From: Candidatus Latescibacterota bacterium | Lineage (GTDB): Bacteria; Latescibacterota; UBA2968; GCA-2709665 | DNA: 64,000 nt | Assembly (NCBI GenBank): GCA_965222075.1 | Contig: OZ244937.1 | Coordinates: 192,001-256,000 of the forward strand | Direction of reading: 5' to 3' | Shown here: piece after piece, positions 58,724-64,000 of the stretch | Layout of the letters: every line of letters begins with the position of its first letter | How positions within the stretch are numbered: position 1 is the first letter of the stretch | Notes under the pieces: model-generated | Database searches by the model: none | The model's input: the letters and a program-made list of their open reading frames with translations, nothing else | Told to the model about the DNA's origin: nothing | Position numbers and translations under genes: made by a program

Positions 58724-61270
58724 GTGATGACCCGTATAAGCGGATTTCAAAGTGCAGCGCTTGCCGCCGCCGTGCTGGTCGCTTTCTGCGTCCCTGCGGA
58801 GGCGCAGCTCACCGCGGGGGGGACGTCCAATCTGCCGCTGCCCCCCCGGCAGTTGACGCGCGGGCAGCTCTGGCATTCCTACTTCAACACCGGCTGCGAC
58901 GGCTTCCGGGGCGCCGGATCCGTCAACTACGCCAGCAGCACCTACGCGGATCTGGTCTACCCGTCCACCACCATACGGGGCGGTGATGACTACTCTGAAT
59001 ACTTTGGAAGCCGGGCCGCCGCCTACAACCATGTGGAGGTGGACCGGCACAACGGCCGGGGACACGCCTGGTGGATCGCTACCAAGGTAGACGGCAAGGA
59101 GGTGGTTAGCTGGAGCAGCCCTCTGGCCAAGGGCCGGGAGGAGAGCGACGATGTGGTGTTGATGCAGGTGGACCCCACGATCGACTTGGGCGGACGCTTC
59201 GCCAGCGTAGGCAACCCGGTTTCCTCCCCTTTAACGGGGACCGAGATGGCCAACTGGTGGCCCGGGTCCGGGCTTATTTCTCCAGAAGAGCCGATAGAGA
59301 TTCTCAACTACAGGTACGGCCAGTACAACAATGTCGCGACGGACAATTTCCCGGAGGACATCATCCTGTCTAAATGGACGACGGGGACAGGGATTACGGG
59401 CGAGAAGGCCGCATATGCCTGGAACCACCCCGAGTACGACGACCTGATCATCCAGGAATTCATATTTGAGAACACCGGGGATTCGGACGGGGACCGCGTG
59501 GCGGACCTGCCCGGTGGCGGACACGATCTCAGGAATGTCTATTTTGCCTTCCACCACCGGCTGTGTACCAGCTCCGCCGGGGCCTCGCGCGGCACCCAGT
59601 CGGGCTGGTTCTGGGATTTTGGGACGGGAGACGCGTGCGACGGGCCCAACGGGCCCGACGGCAAGGACAACCTCCAGGACGACAAGATCAAGTATACGGA
59701 GGCCCCCAATTACGACGGCCCGGACTGGGCCAGGGGCCTGAAAATGAACTACGTCTACGACTGGGACAACTTCTGCTACGGCGGCCAGATCGCGGACGAT
59801 GTGGGGGACCCCTGGCGGGCCGAGCTCAAGCAGCGCCTCCAGTCGGTACCCATCTACATCTCCAACGGCGACCTGCTGTCACAGGCGTGGATCGGCGTGG
59901 CGGAGATCGATGTGGACCCCACGGACGGATTCGTGGGGGACGACGAGATCTACGTTGCCCCTAAGGTGGCCCAGCAGCCCTTTGCCCACAACCTGTTCTG
60001 GTTCCTGTTCCGGCAGCAGACCTCGGCCGTGAGCAGCGACATACACGGAGACGAGCCGGACCCGACCAAGCTGAGCGACGAGGTGCTCTACCAGATGGTC
60101 ACCCGGTCTCCAGAGTCGTCCTACTTCGACTCCCCCAGGGACTCCCGCCCCACAAGGGGATCCGGCCCTCCCGGCGAGGGTGTGCCCCTGCTGCCCCTGC
60201 CGGACGAGCCTACCGAGCCGATGCCCTATATGCCCAACCCCGTCTGGGAGTGGGAGGGGCGACGGGGCATCGCGGCCGCCTACACGGTAATGGACACCTA
60301 CGGTCCCTACGACCTGGCCCCCGGCGATAAGGTGAAGTTCGTGTTCGCCTATGTGGCGGGGTCTCCCGTGGAGGAGAGTTTCGACTCGTTCAGCCGGCTG
60401 GGCGACAACAGCGAGCTGCGCAAGGAAGAAAACGGCAAGGCCTTCGAGAATCTCGTGAAGCACCTGCGCAAGGCGAAGGAGGCCTACGAGCTTGGCTACG
60501 ATCTGCCGAACCAGCCGCCGGACGTAAAAACGACCCTGGCGTCGTCCAAAAACGCACAGGTGGAGATCTCCTGGCCGGACGACGCGGACACCTCCCCGAA
60601 TCCGGACACCGGGAGGCCCGACGTGGCGGGCTACAAGATCTACCAGTCTGAAACGATCCCGGGGCTGTGGAAGGAGATCGGGGACGTGAAGGTAGGGGAT
60701 GCCCAATACTACGACGCCGCGGCCGGAACCTACACGTTCGAAGATCCGTTGTCGGTGTCAGGATTCTCGTATCTCTACCAGGTGCGGGCCTACCAGGGCA
60801 GCGGGAACGTCGGCTTTGTAAGCCGCAAGACGGGCAGGACGGTGGAGGGGGGCGTAACGGCCTACACGACGGGACCCAGCGATCCGGGAACCTACTACAT
60901 CCCACCCGGCGGGTCAAGCGGCCTCAGCCCGGTGCAGGTACCCTCGATTGAGGCGGACCGGATGGAGCGGCCAATCCATATCGTCCCCAACCCCTACATT
61001 ATAGACGCCGTACACACCTACGAAGGATCACAAAAGATCCGGATCCTGAATCTCCCCAGACGCGCCAAGATCCGGATTTTTTCCGTTGCCGGCAATATGG
61101 TGGCGGAAGAGGTCCACGAGTCCGATACCGTGGGCGAGTTCGGCTACTTCCAGATCAACCGAACGCTCACGGGCCCGCTCACCTTCGGAGTCTACATTGT
61201 GACGGTGGAGTCGATGGTGCCGGAGAGCATGGGCCAGGTCCAGTACGCCAAATTTGTGATCATTCGTTAA
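58724..61270 (+). CDS. large secreted protein with FN3-like module and T9SS-CTD-like C-terminus
   Basis: Signal peptide ending AEA-Q; PPD...VEISW...GYKIY...YLYQVRAY; IVPNPY...RILNLP...IRIFSVAG...GVYI...KFVIIR. Confidence 0.8.
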   Translation: MMTRISGFQSAALAAAVLVAFCVPAEAQLTAGGTSNLPLPPRQLTRGQLWHSYFNTGCDGFRGAGSVNYASSTYADLVYPSTTIRGGDDYSEYFGSRAAAYNHVEVDRHNGRGHAWWIATKVDGKEVVSWSSPLAKGREESDDVVLMQVDPTIDLGGRFASVGNPVSSPLTGTEMANWWPGSGLISPEEPIEILNYRYGQYNNVATDNFPEDIILSKWTTGTGITGEKAAYAWNHPEYDDLIIQEFIFENTGDSDGDRVADLPGGGHDLRNVYFAFHHRLCTSSAGASRGTQSGWFWDFGTGDACDGPNGPDGKDNLQDDKIKYTEAPNYDGPDWARGLKMNYVYDWDNFCYGGQIADDVGDPWRAELKQRLQSVPIYISNGDLLSQAWIGVAEIDVDPTDGFVGDDEIYVAPKVAQQPFAHNLFWFLFRQQTSAVSSDIHGDEPDPTKLSDEVLYQMVTRSPESSYFDSPRDSRPTRGSGPPGEGVPLLPLPDEPTEPMPYMPNPVWEWEGRRGIAAAYTVMDTYGPYDLAPGDKVKFVFAYVAGSPVEESFDSFSRLGDNSELRKEENGKAFENLVKHLRKAKEAYELGYDLPNQPPDVKTTLASSKNAQVEISWPDDADTSPNPDTGRPDVAGYKIYQSETIPGLWKEIGDVKVGDAQYYDAAAGTYTFEDPLSVSGFSYLYQVRAYQGSGNVGFVSRKTGRTVEGGVTAYTTGPSDPGTYYIPPGGSSGLSPVQVPSIEADRMERPIHIVPNPYIIDAVHTYEGSQKIRILNLPRRAKIRIFSVAGNMVAEEVHESDTVGEFGYFQINRTLTGPLTFGVYIVTVESMVPESMGQVQYAKFVIIR

Positions 61271-61281
61271 GGAGCATAGCC

Positions 61282-62247
61282 ATGCGGAATATACTCTTGA
61301 TCGGATTGGCGGCGGTGCTCGCGGGTCTTTTCACGCCCACCCGGGGTCAGGCCGTATCCAAACAGGCGCCTCTGGGGGAAACCTACCTGGGCTTTATCGA
61401 AGTTCCCCAGGGGGCGCGGGGGGCCGCTGTGGGAGACGCGTACACGGGCATAACCGACGATGTCAGCTCCGTGTTCTGGAACGCGGCCGGACTCACCGCC
61501 ATGGCGAAAAACCGTTTCCAGTTTACGTTTACCAACACCCAGTGGATCGCCGATATGCAGCTGAACTCCGGGGTGGTGGGCATCAACACCGACTTCGGCG
61601 CCTTCGCCTTCAGCTTCGTGGCGTTTTCCACCGGTGACATCGAGGAGACGACGATCTTCAAGCCGGATGGCACGGGCCGCATGCTCGACACCGGGAACTG
61701 GGCCATCGGCGCGGCCTATGCCAAGCAGTTCACGGACCGCATGTCGGTTGGCGGGCAGTTCAGGGTCATCCAGGAAAAGCTGGACAAAGACTTCAGCTTC
61801 CGCGTATTTGACCTGGCCGTGGGGACGCTTTACCACACGGGGTTCCACAGCCTGCGCCTGGCGATGGCGCTTCGGAACTTCGGGCAGGACAAGACCCTGC
61901 TGCAAGATGACCAGCTCAAGGCCAAGATGCCCTCCTTCTTCAACCTGGCCGCGGCAGCGGAGGTGGTGGGCACCAAGGAAGATCCGGTCTACCTCACGAC
62001 CGCGTTCGAGTTGGTTTACGCCGTAGGCTTCGAGGAACGGATACACATGGGCGGGGAGCTCTGGCTTTGGAACATCCTGGCGCTGCGGGGTGGGTACAAG
62101 TGGAACTACGACTCCCAGGGCTTTACGGCCGGGGCGGGGGTGCGGCTGCAGCGGGGCGTCCACTACCTTCAGGCCGACTTTGCGTGGGTGGACTTCAACG
62201 GCATATTTGACGCCCCCCTCCGGTTTTCCGTGACCGGGTCCTTCTGA
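61282..62247 (+). CDS. PorV/PorQ (UPF0164)-family outer-membrane protein
   Basis: Signal peptide, FIEVPQGARGAAVGDAY, SVFWNAAGL, LALRGGY, terminal F. AAGGAG RBS. Confidence 0.88.
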   Translation: MRNILLIGLAAVLAGLFTPTRGQAVSKQAPLGETYLGFIEVPQGARGAAVGDAYTGITDDVSSVFWNAAGLTAMAKNRFQFTFTNTQWIADMQLNSGVVGINTDFGAFAFSFVAFSTGDIEETTIFKPDGTGRMLDTGNWAIGAAYAKQFTDRMSVGGQFRVIQEKLDKDFSFRVFDLAVGTLYHTGFHSLRLAMALRNFGQDKTLLQDDQLKAKMPSFFNLAAAAEVVGTKEDPVYLTTAFELVYAVGFEERIHMGGELWLWNILALRGGYKWNYDSQGFTAGAGVRLQRGVHYLQADFAWVDFNGIFDAPLRFSVTGSF

Positions 62248-62445
62248 AGGCCGGCCGGTACCCGTATTCCAGCGCTCACTGCAACACCCACTCAAAGCTC
62301 CCGCGGCCGCTGGGCCCCCTCCAGCAATGGCTCGCGAGGGTCCAGTACGCCTCCGACGAGCGCCTCCACGAACATGTCCTCCTGGTCTGCGTAAACCTCT
62401 TGCAGCTTCTCCACGGAGGAGCACGTCGGGAGATACCCGTCTTCC
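62248..62445 (-). pseudogene. inverted internal fragment of a DUF3604-like gene
   Basis: Minus strand reads EDGYLPTCSSVEKLQEVYADQEDMFVEALVGG...EPLLE, then after a frameshift ASGRGSFEWVLQ*ALEYGYRPA. Matches the middle of the three paralogues. Confidence 0.82.
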
Positions 62446-62448
62446 TAT

Positions 62449-62622
62449 CCGATCAGCATCTGCTGGTATTTCGAGTTCGAGATGCCCCGGATCCACTTGG
62501 ACTGGGGCTGGCGCGACTTCGGCTCCCGGCCCAAACTCGTGGAGGTTGGAGCCCGGGAAAAGACCGCAGGAGATCCCAAGCAACTGCGCGGGAGCAGATC
62601 GTGGCTGAAGGTCTGGAGATAG
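62449..62622 (+). pseudogene. 3' remnant of a DUF3604-like gene
   Basis: PISICWYFEFEMPRIHLDWGWRDFG...* matches the paralogue C-termini. Confidence 0.88.
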
Positions 62623-64000
62623 CAGACGGGACAGGAGATGCAGCGCAAAGACCCGAGGTGGCGGACCGGCGTGACCCCGGCGTGACGCCTCGGTCGATCG
62701 CCTTCGGGCTGTGTCTTTCCGTCGCAGTGAGCCTGCTGGCCAACTCGGTCCGCTATATCTTCCACGGATCCTACATGGCCTTCAGCCAGCTGCCCATGTC
62801 GAATCTGATCCTCTTCCTGCTGTCGCTCCTGGGATGTGCCCTGCTGGCCCGGTGGTTTGGCGGCCGGTGGGCCTTCTCCCCGGCGGAGTGGATCACCGTC
62901 TTCTGCCTGGGGTTCACCAGCACGCTGGGACCCACCTATGGGATCAGCGGCACGCTGATCGGCATGATTGGAACGCCCTATTACTTCGCAACACCGGAGA
63001 ACCGGTGGGCGGAGTTCATTCACCCCCACCTGCCCTCCTGGCTGATCCCCAAAAACGACGGCGGCGCGATGACCTGGTTCTACGAGGGGCTTCCCGCCGG
63101 AGCGTCGATTCCCTGGGACGCCTGGCTGGTCCCGCTGTTCTGGTGGTTCGCCTTCTTCTGCGCCCTGGGGTTGGCCTGCGCCTGTGTTTCCATCATCATC
63201 CACCGGCAGTGGTCGGAGCACGAAAAGGTCGTCTATCCCATGATGGTGCCCGTCGTGGAGATGGCGAGTGGGGGCGGGACCGGGAAGCGGGCCCTGCCGG
63301 AGTTCATGAAGGGAAAGCTCTTCTGGACGGGATTCGGGATGACCACTTTCGTTTTCTGGTGGAACATGATCTCCTGGTTCTACCCACAGTTCCCGACCTT
63401 CCCGACGGCGCAGGGGACCTGGCTCTGGCTGCCGAGCAAGTATCCCCCGGTGTTGATCTTCCTGAGCACCGTGGTCCTCTGCTTTGCCTATTTTGCCAGC
63501 CTGGAAGTCCTGCTGAGCATCTGGGTGTTCGACCTGCTGTTCGTCATCGAGGGGGGGGTCCTCAACCGGCTGGGGGTCGCCGCCACCACGCCGCACTACG
63601 CGACCGGGCGCTACACCTGGCAATCGACCGGGGCCTTCACCGCCCTGGTACTCTGGTGGCTCTGGATGTCCCGGGGACACCTCCGGGCAGCCTTCCAGAA
63701 GGCCCTGCACCCTGGCCGTTCTCCGATGGACGACAGCCGGGAGCTGCTCTCCTACCGGGGTGCGTTTATCGGTCTGACCGTCAGCTGTCTCTACATCGTT
63801 GCGTGGCTGGCAAAGGCGGGCATGGAAGGGAAACTCATCGTCCTGTTGATCCCGACCATGTTCCTTATCTATCTCGGCCTGGCCAAGGTGCTGGCCGAAT
63901 CGGGGATGCTCTTCATCAGACCGCCCACCCCGGCCGGCAGGCTTTCCATTCTTGCCTTCGGAAGCGACTCTGCTTTGCAGGTATCCACCCACACCATCCT
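62601..64000 (+). CDS. polytopic membrane protein (DUF6785 / putative peptide-transporter-like), runs off the window
   Basis: Frame from GTG 62601 (GGGAG RBS) with many hydrophobic segments; PYYFATPENRW, HLPSWLIP, FYEGLP...IPWDAWLVPL, QWSEHEKVVYP. Missing from the ORF track because no stop falls within the window. Confidence 0.8.
   Translation, partial: MAEGLEIADGTGDAAQRPEVADRRDPGVTPRSIAFGLCLSVAVSLLANSVRYIFHGSYMAFSQLPMSNLILFLLSLLGCALLARWFGGRWAFSPAEWITVFCLGFTSTLGPTYGISGTLIGMIGTPYYFATPENRWAEFIHPHLPSWLIPKNDGGAMTWFYEGLPAGASIPWDAWLVPLFWWFAFFCALGLACACVSIIIHRQWSEHEKVVYPMMVPVVEMASGGGTGKRALPEFMKGKLFWTGFGMTTFVFWWNMISWFYPQFPTFPTAQGTWLWLPSKYPPVLIFLSTVVLCFAYFASLEVLLSIWVFDLLFVIEGGVLNRLGVAATTPHYATGRYTWQSTGAFTALVLWWLWMSRGHLRAAFQKALHPGRSPMDDSRELLSYRGAFIGLTVSCLYIVAWLAKAGMEGKLIVLLIPTMFLIYLGLAKVLAESGMLFIRPPTPAGRLSILAFGSDSALQVSTHTI

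Noticed and set aside
62666-62687. Short direct repeat CCGGCGTGAC, twice
   Set aside because: Only two copies, inside a coding region, and expected by chance at high GC. It is not a CRISPR or VNTR.

Overview
This is a GC-rich bacterial accessory region in which every intact gene I can support lies on the + strand. It is a catabolic patchwork of repeated paralogue families: seven Cys-type sulfatases in three subfamilies (one cut by the window edge), three DUF3604/PHP-like metalloproteins, five PhyH-type Fe(II)/2-oxoglutarate enzymes, two DegT-family PLP enzymes, aldo/keto reductases, four alpha/beta hydrolases and two TPR+GWxTD-like proteins. It ends with a TonB-dependent receptor / CTD-bearing secreted protein / PorV-like trio and a DUF6785-like membrane protein. 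The gene mix resembles Latescibacterota/Poribacteria-like candidate phyla (inference only). Highlights: (i) four of the five PhyH paralogues have H-x-G instead of the H-x-D iron ligand motif, the signature of Fe/2OG halogenases; (ii) many intergenic spaces are 3' tails of lost genes, alongside an in-frame DUF3604::GWxTD chimera, a deletion-collapsed duplicated block and an inverted DUF3604 shard; (iii) a three-layer nested mobile element with recoverable TIRs and TSDs sits just upstream of a near-consensus sigma70 promoter; (iv) several enzymes have replaced catalytic residues. I saw no rRNA, tRNA or CRISPR array. All family calls come from motif recognition by eye, not database searches.
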